Part shown: piece by piece, positions 1-7,856 of the stretch
Layout of the letters: each line of letters opens with the position of its first letter
Position numbering within the stretch: position 1 is the stretch's first letter
The notes under the pieces: model-generated
What the model was told of the DNA's origin: nothing
Databases searched by the model: none
Seen by the model: only the letters and a program-made list of their open reading frames with translations
Made by a program: the position numbers and the translations under genes
DNA from: a virus
Lineage: Duplodnaviria; Caudoviricetes
Length of the DNA stretch: 28,875 bases
Strand: one strand, 5' to 3'
IMG/VR virus record: IMGVR_UViG_3300042334_000609
Coordinates: 1-28,875 of that record

Positions 1-890
1 TAGTCGGTAATTCAAATGGCACTTTTGAAATAAACTCTAATCCATTAAATGCTGCTGCTCCGTTTAGCATTTGTTTTGAAATGGACTTATACGACCCGGT
101 AATTGGGATTATAGAAATATCAATGCCATTAGGAAGTGGAGATGAAGTATTTCAAGGCATATTCAGAATAGCTTCTGCAACCGAGAACTGCAACTTTGCT
201 CCGTTAGGACTTGTGGAGTCGACTACTGGAGATGTTATTGGTGAAATTTACGAGCAAACAACTGGCACTATCGTAGATGGCGATGAGGTTTCTTTTTTTA
301 CAGAGGCCACGATTGGCGTTGCTTCAATAGAAGAGATAAAGAACAAATGCTTTTATATTAAGATTGCTTCCGAATGTTGTTGCGATGATGTGTTTTACAG
401 CAAATGTATAAAGCCATTATCTGACGCTTGCCATACTGTTGGAATAAGCTTTTGGCAAGGGGTTACGGCTACTGTGCCTGCTTACGGATTCGGTTTCTAC
501 TACCCTGCTGCATCCCCAGGCAATGAGTTCAAGCAATTCATGCGTGTATGGGGAGAGATTCGCAATCCGCAGTATGACGGAGAGATGGAAATGTACCAAG
601 ACAGCTTTGGCAGAAGGCAAGTAGTGTATGCTGAGAGCAGAGAGTTTAAGAGCTTCATTATAAACTACTCTCCTGAGTATGTTCACAATGCTTTAAGGCT
701 AGCTTGCAGACATGATAACTTTGAGTTGACAGATGTCAGCTACAATATCATTGCTCAGAACTCTTTCACTCGCTCTGAGGCATATTCTCCATCTTGGATA
801 CGGATAAGCAGGCTTGCACCGGTAACCTTAGAGGTAGAGAAGAAGACTCAGAACCTTGTTGGAGGAAGCTCAAAAACATTCTGTTCTTAA
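1..890 (+). CDS. Putative virion structural (tail-associated) protein, 5'-truncated by the window edge
   Basis: The frame of ORF 81..890 stays open to the left edge (VGNSNGTFEINSNPLNAAAPFSICFE before M81). Cys-rich, beta-rich, directly upstream of the putative tail-tube gene. Function inferred from context only. Confidence 0.55.
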   Translation, partial: VGNSNGTFEINSNPLNAAAPFSICFEMDLYDPVIGIIEISMPLGSGDEVFQGIFRIASATENCNFAPLGLVESTTGDVIGEIYEQTTGTIVDGDEVSFFTEATIGVASIEEIKNKCFYIKIASECCCDDVFYSKCIKPLSDACHTVGISFWQGVTATVPAYGFGFYYPAASPGNEFKQFMRVWGEIRNPQYDGEMEMYQDSFGRRQVVYAESREFKSFIINYSPEYVHNALRLACRHDNFELTDVSYNIIAQNSFTRSEAYSPSWIRISRLAPVTLEVEKKTQNLVGGSSKTFCS

Positions 891-893
891 TTG

Positions 894-901
894 TATATTT
901 G
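894..901 (+). promoter_or_regulatory. Bacteroidota-type -7 promoter element (TATATTTG)
   Basis: Exact TAnnTTTG match 3 nt after the upstream stop, in the intergenic gap before 970. No -33 TTG at the canonical spacing. Confidence 0.6.
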
Positions 902-915
902 TCCTGTCGTGCGTT

Positions 916-944
916 GTGGCCTTGACTTGCCATCCAAATGTCAA
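916..944 (+). promoter_or_regulatory. Predicted H-type RNA pseudoknot in the 5' leader of the tail-tube gene
   Basis: P1 GTGGC(916-920)/GCCAT(929-933); P2 TTGAC(922-926)/GTCAA(940-944). Same architecture as the two at 8712-8767. Confidence 0.6.
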
Positions 945-969
945 ACAAAACATTCCCAAATCTTAAAAC

Positions 970-1518
970 ATGGCATATTTTGAATATGGCTGCGGTACTT
1001 TGCCGAATCACCAGCTTTTAGCTTGTGGTGTTTATGATCGTGGGGGTATTTCGGCAATTGGTATTTTGGAAGCAGACCACACAATTGTTGATTACTCTAA
1101 CGCTTCACAATACACTGCAAACATTGCTGCTGGTAACCTGAAGGTTATCAAAAACATTCGTGGAACAGTACCTGATGCCTCTCCCGTAGAAGGAGATAAT
1201 CCAGTTGGCTGCGGTCCTGATACAATCCTTAACGGATTTAACTTCACCGCTACTTGGCAGGATGCTAACACTAACAGCGCAAACGTAAGCTTTTACTCTC
1301 AGCTTAACACACGCACAACCGAATTGGTATTATTCCTTTGCGGAAGTGACGAGGTGTTGGTTGTGAACAACAAAGTGAACTTTGTATGTAACCCAGTGAT
1401 GGTCCCTGCAAACAACAAAGAACTTCAGATGTTTAACTGTACAGCTCGTGCCTCTATTGGCCCGAACGAGTTGCCACAGAAATACACTGCACCTGCTGGT
1501 ATCTTTGACCTCCCGTAA
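970..1518 (+). CDS. Putative major tail (tube) protein
   Basis: 182 aa, Gly/Asn/Thr-rich and beta-rich. Codon style (aac, atc, ggt, gct) resembles the capsid gene. Has its own promoter, leader and strong terminator, like the capsid gene. Confidence 0.6.
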   Translation: MAYFEYGCGTLPNHQLLACGVYDRGGISAIGILEADHTIVDYSNASQYTANIAAGNLKVIKNIRGTVPDASPVEGDNPVGCGPDTILNGFNFTATWQDANTNSANVSFYSQLNTRTTELVLFLCGSDEVLVVNNKVNFVCNPVMVPANNKELQMFNCTARASIGPNELPQKYTAPAGIFDLP

Positions 1519-1542
1519 TTGTCGCTGCTGACAACTACTTAG

Positions 1543-1574
1543 ACCCTACCTATATGGTGGGGTTTTTTATTTTT
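1543..1574 (+). terminator. Rho-independent terminator
   Basis: ACCCTACC-TATAT-GGTGGGGT stem (one G-U pair) followed by a long T tract. Confidence 0.85.
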
Positions 1575-1604
1575 GGTTGATTAGCAATTAATTGCCTAAA
1601 TTTG
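1572..1604 (+). promoter_or_regulatory. Bacteroidota-type promoter for the glycosylation cassette
   Basis: TTTG(1572-1575)-N21-TAAATTTG(1597-1604). ATG at 1608 follows after 3 nt. Confidence 0.7.
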
Positions 1605-1607
1605 GGC

Positions 1608-2531
1608 ATGACTACGGGAATTATAATGATGGCTTTCGGTAAGCCATCCTACTATCAAATGGCATATAACCTTGCCTTGTCCATCCGTTGCTTCGATAGG
1701 GACATTCCAATTCAACTTGTACACGATGGAAATTGGGGTATCGTAGATGACGATAAGTGGGTGTTTAACGACTTTACCCAAGTAGAGAAAGATGACTTGT
1801 ACGTTGATGGCAAGTTCTCTCCCGGTAAGGCAAAGACTCGCATAGACAAATACCTAATCTATGACAACAACATTTACTTAGATGTAGATGCGGTTTGTTT
1901 GAAGCCTATCGCCCCTTTGCTAGACCACCTAAAGACTCTTAATGGCTACTTCTACTCGCAGACTGCTGCGTGGATGACTGAAGGCGGAAAGACTCCGAAG
2001 GGCAACCTAAAGAGAGATGGGAATAGCTTCCCTGAGATGCAGTGGGCAACCTTAGAGACTATTTGGGAGATTCATAAGCTTAAAGAAGATGCCGAGGTTA
2101 CTGCTATTAACAGCTCGTTCATGTATCTTAAAAAAGGAGCGAAGCTTACCAAGTTCTACGAAAAGGTAAGGGATAATATCGATAACGGCATTCCTATTGA
2201 TAGGCTTGCTATGCCATGGGGAGGCACTTACCCTGATGAGCTTGCTTACAACATAGCTTGCGCTCAGTTTGAGTTAGATCCGTTTGCAGGCGTTAACCCT
2301 ATCATGTTTCAGTACTTAGAGCCTCTAAGAGACATTGCTGGCATGAACGAAAAGTATTACTTCTTAGGACTTTACGGAGGCATAGGCTTCACGCATATCT
2401 CTGCGTGGGAGTACTCCGATAGGCTCATCCGCAAATACCATTCTGAATTAGGATTGCTACACAAATACAAGTGGCATTACTTAGCAAAAGACAAACACGC
2501 TGCAAAGCAAAAAGTACTTGTTGCACGATGA
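1608..2531 (+). CDS. GT-A fold glycosyltransferase, GT8-like
   Basis: LALSIR near the N-terminus, DxD motif in IYLDVDAVCL, NSSFMY (cf. NSGV) and DELAYN (cf. DQxxLN). ATG 1608 preferred because TTG 1602 lies inside the promoter element. Confidence 0.75.
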   Translation: MTTGIIMMAFGKPSYYQMAYNLALSIRCFDRDIPIQLVHDGNWGIVDDDKWVFNDFTQVEKDDLYVDGKFSPGKAKTRIDKYLIYDNNIYLDVDAVCLKPIAPLLDHLKTLNGYFYSQTAAWMTEGGKTPKGNLKRDGNSFPEMQWATLETIWEIHKLKEDAEVTAINSSFMYLKKGAKLTKFYEKVRDNIDNGIPIDRLAMPWGGTYPDELAYNIACAQFELDPFAGVNPIMFQYLEPLRDIAGMNEKYYFLGLYGGIGFTHISAWEYSDRLIRKYHSELGLLHKYKWHYLAKDKHAAKQKVLVAR

Positions 2532-3166
2532 AAGTAAGCATTATAACCACCTGCAAAGGAAGACTCCACCACTTGAAGGAGGCTCTTCCCACATGGCTTG
2601 AGCAGATTGGCAAGACTACCTACGAGATTATCGTAGTAGATTATGCTGACCCTGACAATAGCTACGACTATGTTGCCTCTTTGAACAACCCGAAGGTTAA
2701 GGCTGTAAAGGCTACCGATTGCGGAGATTACTTTAACCTTAGCAGGGCAAGAAACATTGGGGCATTAGAAGCCCGTGGAGACATCCTTTTCTTCTTAGAT
2801 GCAGATGCACTCCTTGAGCCAAAGTTCTTACACTACCATGTCTCTAAAGTGCTTGTAGATGGAAGTTACGTTACTGGCTGGGACTATGGAGATGGCACTG
2901 GCTGTTGTTTTGTTTGGAAGAGAGACTTCCTTGCTGTCAGAGGCTACAACGAAGTGGTAGATGGCTGGGGATGGGATGACATTGACTTCTACTACCGCTT
3001 AGACCAAAAGTTCAGCATTGATAGGCGCAAGTTCGCCTTTGGGCTTACTACAATTAAGCATGGTGATGAAGAACGAATTGAATTTTATAGAGGCAAAGAC
3101 CTTGCTGCTAGCAACCGAGAGAATCAAGCAAAAGCAAAGCGCAGATTTGTTAGCTCGATTGCATGA
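2528..3166 (+). CDS. GT2-family glycosyltransferase with GT7-type (galactosyltransferase) C-terminal motif
   Basis: MKVSIITTCKGR start, EIIVVDY, SRARNIGA, FFLDAD (DxD), and GYNE..DGWGWDDIDF (cf. WGWGGEDDD). ATGA overlap with the upstream stop fixes the start at 2528. Confidence 0.85.
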   Translation: MKVSIITTCKGRLHHLKEALPTWLEQIGKTTYEIIVVDYADPDNSYDYVASLNNPKVKAVKATDCGDYFNLSRARNIGALEARGDILFFLDADALLEPKFLHYHVSKVLVDGSYVTGWDYGDGTGCCFVWKRDFLAVRGYNEVVDGWGWDDIDFYYRLDQKFSIDRRKFAFGLTTIKHGDEERIEFYRGKDLAASNRENQAKAKRRFVSSIA

Positions 3167-4056
3167 TTAAACTACCCATAATTTTGGAAAAGCCTACAAA
3201 AATAAGAGTCATAACAAATTGGTGCGATAGCTTTGCTATTCATGATAGGATTATTGACCAATATGTAAGCACCAAGCAGTTTAAGGACAACCTACACTTT
3301 GTTAACGATGACTCTTACGAGTGGCTTGTGATATTCAATGACAAGAAGGACTTCGATATAAAGGTCCCCAAGAGCAATGTGATAGGGTTTATACAAGAGC
3401 CACCTGATCATAACTTCTTTGACAGAAACATTGGCAGCTACTGCGATGTTGTTTACACTTGCACAGAGCCTGAGGCTTACGGCATAGAAGGCAACTTAGT
3501 AGGCTTCCCTGCTGGGATGTTCTACCACATGGACGGAGATGTCGAAGAGTACCTCCAGCCTATCGAAAAGACCAAAACGCTTTCTATGATTACTTCGGGT
3601 ATCCGTGGAGGCTTCTACGAGCATAGGCACAATATAGCCAGGATGCTTGCAGGCACTAACACTTGCGATGTCTTTGGTAGAGGTCTTAATTACAGAGGCG
3701 TAAAGGGTGAGTTAGGCAATAAGTCTTACGGCTTGCTGCCTTATAAGTTCTCTATCTGTATGGAGAATGGCATTTGGGATGACTACATATCAGACAAGAT
3801 TATAGATGCTGTGATGTGTTCTTGCATTCCTATTTACGTTGGAGCAAGGAATATAAAGAAGCATATGCCTTTTGCGATAGAGCTGAAGTCTTACGAGTCT
3901 CCGAGACACGCTCTAAACGAAATAAACGAAATCATATCGAGTGTAGACTACGATAAGCAAGTCTTAGAGGTAAATAAATTCAAGCAAAAGTTCTTAAAAA
4001 AATACAGCATCTATGAAAGAATCAAAGCTAGTGTACAACAAGCCAGTTGTAAGTGA
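3163..4056 (+). CDS. GT10-family (alpha-1,3/4-fucosyltransferase-like) glycosyltransferase
   Basis: YKFSICMENGIWDDYISDKIIDAVMCSCIPIYVG matches the GT10 motif YKFxLxFEN...DYxTEK...a...iPiyxG. Also QEPP and DVFGRG. Confidence 0.8.
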   Translation: MIKLPIILEKPTKIRVITNWCDSFAIHDRIIDQYVSTKQFKDNLHFVNDDSYEWLVIFNDKKDFDIKVPKSNVIGFIQEPPDHNFFDRNIGSYCDVVYTCTEPEAYGIEGNLVGFPAGMFYHMDGDVEEYLQPIEKTKTLSMITSGIRGGFYEHRHNIARMLAGTNTCDVFGRGLNYRGVKGELGNKSYGLLPYKFSICMENGIWDDYISDKIIDAVMCSCIPIYVGARNIKKHMPFAIELKSYESPRHALNEINEIISSVDYDKQVLEVNKFKQKFLKKYSIYERIKASVQQASCK

Positions 4057-4315
4057 GGGCTTCCTTATTTGTGAGTGCGCCCATAATCGCCCTGAAGAGG
4101 GTGTGCAGATAGACTACCATGCTTTGGGTATATCTCCTCCTATGGAGTCTACCAATTACAACTGGAAACCAGCTCTATTTGCTATTGATGTTATTGATTT
4201 TGCCATTACAATGCACGATTGTGCCGATGGAACACCTACCTTTATGATTAGAGTGCAGGATATGTCTTTTATTATAAAGGGCAAGGTAGAAGACTTTAAA
4301 GACTTGATTATATGA
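4013..4315 (+). CDS. Hypothetical protein within the glycosylation cassette
   Basis: 100 aa ORF filling the gap; ATGA overlap with the next gene. Confidence 0.65.
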   Translation: MKESKLVYNKPVVSEGFLICECAHNRPEEGVQIDYHALGISPPMESTNYNWKPALFAIDVIDFAITMHDCADGTPTFMIRVQDMSFIIKGKVEDFKDLII

Positions 4316-4923
4316 AAGAGATACATTCGATTATCCGAAAGCTTTTAAAGGGCGTAGAATCCCCTATAATTGTAGAGATAGGCGCACATAAGGGAGAAGA
4401 CACGATAGTGCTTGCAGAGGTCTCTAATAGCGTTGTACACGCATTTGAGTGCGACCCTCGTAACCAGCTTACGAGAATGCCTAGCAATGTAGTGGTGAAC
4501 TACAAAGCCATCTCCGATAAGGAGGGTATGACAGACTTTTGGTTAAGCGAAAGACCTGGCGCACAATGGACTTGTTCTTCCAGCCTACTCCAGCCTGGCA
4601 ACCACTTAGTGGAGCATCCCGATATTAACTTCCAGCATAAGGTGCAAATCAAATGCACTACCCTTAGTGGCTACTGCGATGCGAAGGGAATTGATAAGAT
4701 TGACTTCTTATGGATGGATACCCAAGGTGCAGAGGCTATGATTATAGAAGCTTCCTTAGAAGCCATTCAAAAGACTGCATGGATTTATACGGAATATTCT
4801 AACAAAGAAGATTTTAAAGGTCAAAAATCCTTAGATGAAATTATGTTAATTTTGGGGGAGGATTGGGAGATTGTAAAGAAGTGGGATTGGGATGTCCTTT
4901 TAAAGAATAAACGCTATGTGTAA
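4312..4923 (+). CDS. FkbM-family SAM-dependent O-methyltransferase
   Basis: IVEIGAHKGED, VHAFECDP, AISDKEG, SSSLL, IDFLWMDTQGAE and IYTEY are the FkbM/Methyltransf_21 motifs. Confidence 0.85.
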   Translation: MKEIHSIIRKLLKGVESPIIVEIGAHKGEDTIVLAEVSNSVVHAFECDPRNQLTRMPSNVVVNYKAISDKEGMTDFWLSERPGAQWTCSSSLLQPGNHLVEHPDINFQHKVQIKCTTLSGYCDAKGIDKIDFLWMDTQGAEAMIIEASLEAIQKTAWIYTEYSNKEDFKGQKSLDEIMLILGEDWEIVKKWDWDVLLKNKRYV

Positions 4924-4951
4924 GTGTAGAACAAGAGGAGGCAAACGATGA
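4916..4951 (+). CDS. Possible 11-aa micropeptide MCKCRTRGGKR
   Basis: ATG 4916 to TGA 4951. Overlaps the FkbM stop and makes an ATGA overlap with the portal start. Could instead be a non-coding spacer with an SD-like AGAGGAGG. Confidence 0.35.
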   Translation: MCKCRTRGGKR

Positions 4952-6732
4952 TCCTTGAATTAGCAGAAGAACTGCTTTCAAAGATTGCCAAGGAGTATGC
5001 CATTTATGAGCAGAAGAAGAGGTCGAACAAGTATTACGTTCCTGACTTCTATCCTACTTATAAAGAGTGCGTAGAGATGGCAGAGCGTCTGCGTATCCAT
5101 TCGGACTATGACGCATTCCCCGAAAAGTTATTTCGAGAGAAAGCACCCAACGAACTACCTCACGAGTTTAACTATCGTAAGGCTATCTACCGACCTATTA
5201 CGGTCCCTTACTTCCACAAGGCTGTAAACATTGCAGGTCGTGTTTGGAACAGACAGAACTTCGAGGTTCGCTTTGACAACCAAAATCAAGAGCGTTACTT
5301 CACCGAGCAATACCCTCGCTTTGGCAGCTTAGAGAACTACTTCCAGCAGATTGTAAGCTTTGAAACGCTTACCGACCCGAATGCGGTTGTTGCCATTATG
5401 CCTATTAACCTTGAGTACTTCGAGAGCGGTGAGTTCAACGACTCCGTAGAGGTTACTCCAGTAGCGTACTGCTTTAAGAGCAAGCGTGTATGGGCATGGA
5501 AGGACGAGGAGTATGCAATCATTAAGGCAGAGCAGAAGAGCTATGTAAAGACCGGTAATAACGGCAAGGAAGAGGAAGAGGGCTTAGTGTTCTACATCTT
5601 CGATAAGAACGAGATACAAATAGCGAAGCAAGTTGGGAAAAAATCCGACTTTGAGTTCGAGATTGAGTTGTACTACCGACATAACTTAGGATACTTGCCT
5701 TGTCGCAGACTTGGTGGCATATCCGTACAAGAGTCAGGAGACTACTACTTCCAGTCATTCTATACTCCAGCAGTACCTGCCCTTGACCAAGCGGTGAGTG
5801 ACTTCTCTACCTTACAGATGTCTAAGTTCAGCCACGCCTTCTTGCAGAAGTGGGAATACGTTGATGAGTGCGATACTTGTAATGGCACGGGAGAGACTGA
5901 AGAGGCTATCGGCTTCGAAGAGAAAGTAGCTATTGCTTGTAGCAGCTGCGGTGGCTCAGGCACTAAGCGTATGTTTGGTCCGATGAGCGTTTACCAAGTT
6001 CAAGCACCTAACCGCTTTACCAGCGAGACAGAGACCAAGATAAACATTCCGCCTGCTGGCTTCATCGATGTGAAGCACGAGATTCTTGAGTTCTTGAATA
6101 AGCAGGTTATTACGAATATCCAAATGGCTTTCGAGCTTTTGAGTATTGACGTAATGAACAACGAAAAGATTTCGGGCAGAGAGACAGCTACCGGTAAGGC
6201 TATCGATAGGGAAGAATTGTATTCTTTCTTGCTTCGCTTTGCTAACACTGTATTCGATGACTTCGAGTTTGCTATCGATACGATTGGCTCTATGCGCTAT
6301 GGCTCTGAGTGGCAGATGCCAGCAGTACGCTATCCGCAAAACTTTGAGATGCGTACAGATGCAGAGTTGACAGAGGAGATTAAACACGCTCCTAACTTCT
6401 CTCGTGCTATGCTTGCCCAGCAGTACTTAGAGACTCGCTTCCCTATCCAAGAGGCTAAGAGTGCTATTATGAAGCTATCGGTTCAAGTTGACCCTTACTT
6501 CAACTTAGATCCGAAGGATGTGCTTTCTTTAGTTGCTTCAGGCATTGCCGAGAAGTGGAAGGCTGTTATGCACTTTGAAATCGAAGCCATTATTAAGGGC
6601 TTGGTAGAAGAGAGCGAAGGGTTCTTAGACTTACCTATGTTGGAGCAGAAAGCTATCATTGAGGCTAGGGCTAAAGAGATGACTCCACAAGCACAACAAG
6701 GATTATCTGTTGACACTATTTTGAACGCATAA
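4948..6732 (+). CDS. Portal protein with an inserted DnaJ-type CxxCxGxG zinc finger
   Basis: 594 aa, first gene of the portal-minor head-scaffold-capsid block. HNLGYLPC and ETATGKAIDR segments resemble SPP1-like portals. ECDTCNGTG...ACSSCGGSG insert. Confidence 0.8.
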   Translation: MILELAEELLSKIAKEYAIYEQKKRSNKYYVPDFYPTYKECVEMAERLRIHSDYDAFPEKLFREKAPNELPHEFNYRKAIYRPITVPYFHKAVNIAGRVWNRQNFEVRFDNQNQERYFTEQYPRFGSLENYFQQIVSFETLTDPNAVVAIMPINLEYFESGEFNDSVEVTPVAYCFKSKRVWAWKDEEYAIIKAEQKSYVKTGNNGKEEEEGLVFYIFDKNEIQIAKQVGKKSDFEFEIELYYRHNLGYLPCRRLGGISVQESGDYYFQSFYTPAVPALDQAVSDFSTLQMSKFSHAFLQKWEYVDECDTCNGTGETEEAIGFEEKVAIACSSCGGSGTKRMFGPMSVYQVQAPNRFTSETETKINIPPAGFIDVKHEILEFLNKQVITNIQMAFELLSIDVMNNEKISGRETATGKAIDREELYSFLLRFANTVFDDFEFAIDTIGSMRYGSEWQMPAVRYPQNFEMRTDAELTEEIKHAPNFSRAMLAQQYLETRFPIQEAKSAIMKLSVQVDPYFNLDPKDVLSLVASGIAEKWKAVMHFEIEAIIKGLVEESEGFLDLPMLEQKAIIEARAKEMTPQAQQGLSVDTILNA

Positions 6733-7547
6733 TGACTCCTGAGCAATTAGAAAGCAGGATACAAGACAATTTAGACTCTGTGAACGAAGAGTTCATGGAG
6801 AAGGTGGAGGAGTCGCAAGAGGAATTACTTGCACTCCTTTTGCTTTTGTTGCGTAACCTGAAGTATGATGGTGATGAGGTGGCTAACTCGCAAGAGAACT
6901 ACGCTGCTGTAAATGGCATTATGCAGGAGGCAGAAAGGGTTATGGGCAGCGGTAAATACCTTGAGGCATTAGTCTTTTATAGAGACAAGCTTGAAGAGCA
7001 GTTTCAGCTCATTAGAGACTACTTCGAGTCTATTGGTGAGCAGTTATCCCCTGAGGACATTGAAGCCATTGAAGCGCAGCAAAATAGCCTTGAGCGTTCT
7101 GCTCTTGAGTCCCTAACAGAAATAAACGCATCTGTTTACTCTCCTATCCAAAATGCCTTGATTCTAGCCATTGCTGGAGCAGGCACGAGGTCTGTATTGG
7201 AAGACTCCTTTAAGGAGATTGTTGTAGGAGATTCCATTCGTAAAGGCAGGTTATTTGTGTTTGCGAACACTTTATCCGACACGCTGTTCACTTCTATCAC
7301 AAGGTCTTTGGTAAGCACCTTTTCAAGGGTATTAGGCTTTACCAAGTTTAGATACGCTGGTGGATTGATTAAGGATTCGAGAGACTTCTGCGTAGCTAGG
7401 AATGGCGGTGTTTACAACGTAGATACAATTAGGTCATGGGCAGACATTGGCACTTGGCAAGGTAAAATACCAAATACAACAAGGACAACTATCTTCTTTT
7501 ACTTAGGCGGATACAGATGTAGGCACTGGCTTATTCCCGTTAGATAG
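6732..7547 (+). CDS. Minor head / head morphogenesis protein (SPP1 gp7/MuF-like)
   Basis: Helical N-terminus; C-terminal FRYAGG..DSRDFC...GGYRCRHWLIPV Cys/His motif; directly after the portal. Confidence 0.75.
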   Translation: MTPEQLESRIQDNLDSVNEEFMEKVEESQEELLALLLLLLRNLKYDGDEVANSQENYAAVNGIMQEAERVMGSGKYLEALVFYRDKLEEQFQLIRDYFESIGEQLSPEDIEAIEAQQNSLERSALESLTEINASVYSPIQNALILAIAGAGTRSVLEDSFKEIVVGDSIRKGRLFVFANTLSDTLFTSITRSLVSTFSRVLGFTKFRYAGGLIKDSRDFCVARNGGVYNVDTIRSWADIGTWQGKIPNTTRTTIFFYLGGYRCRHWLIPVR

Positions 7548-7577
7548 TTGATTTTCAAATATTCTTACTTAACTTTA
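7548..7577 (+). promoter_or_regulatory. Candidate promoter for the scaffold/capsid operon
   Basis: TTG(7548-7550)-N19-TAACTTTA(7570-7577), one mismatch to TAnnTTTG, in an AT-rich intergenic gap. Confidence 0.5.
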
Positions 7578-7593
7578 TCAAAAAACACAAACC

Positions 7594-7854
7594 ATGGACA
7601 GAAAAATCAGAGCCGTTGGTCCTCGTGGAGTAATTTTTATTTCTGAGGCAACAGCAAGAAACTCCAAGTTTCTATCAAAGTATGGCATCCGAGTAGAGGA
7701 TGAGACCTACTCTGAACAGCAGCCTATTGCTCAAACCAAGATTGGCAAGGCAGTAGTTGCAAGCGAAATGAAAGACCCGATGTTAGAAATATCTGAAATC
7801 GAAGTCCTTCCCAAAAAGAAGATTAAACCACAAACCATTACACCAAACAACTAA
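7594..7854 (+). CDS. Hypothetical head-module protein
   Basis: 86 aa ORF with A-rich start context, ending 2 nt before the scaffold gene. Confidence 0.7.
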   Translation: MDRKIRAVGPRGVIFISEATARNSKFLSKYGIRVEDETYSEQQPIAQTKIGKAVVASEMKDPMLEISEIEVLPKKKIKPQTITPNN

Positions 7855-7856
7855 TT

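Noticed and set aside
5337-6746. Several - strand ORFs opposite the portal
   Set aside because: Antisense shadows with no motifs or promoters. The same applies to other opposite-strand ORFs such as 11055..11462, 14750..15139, 22381..22899 and 26538..27062.
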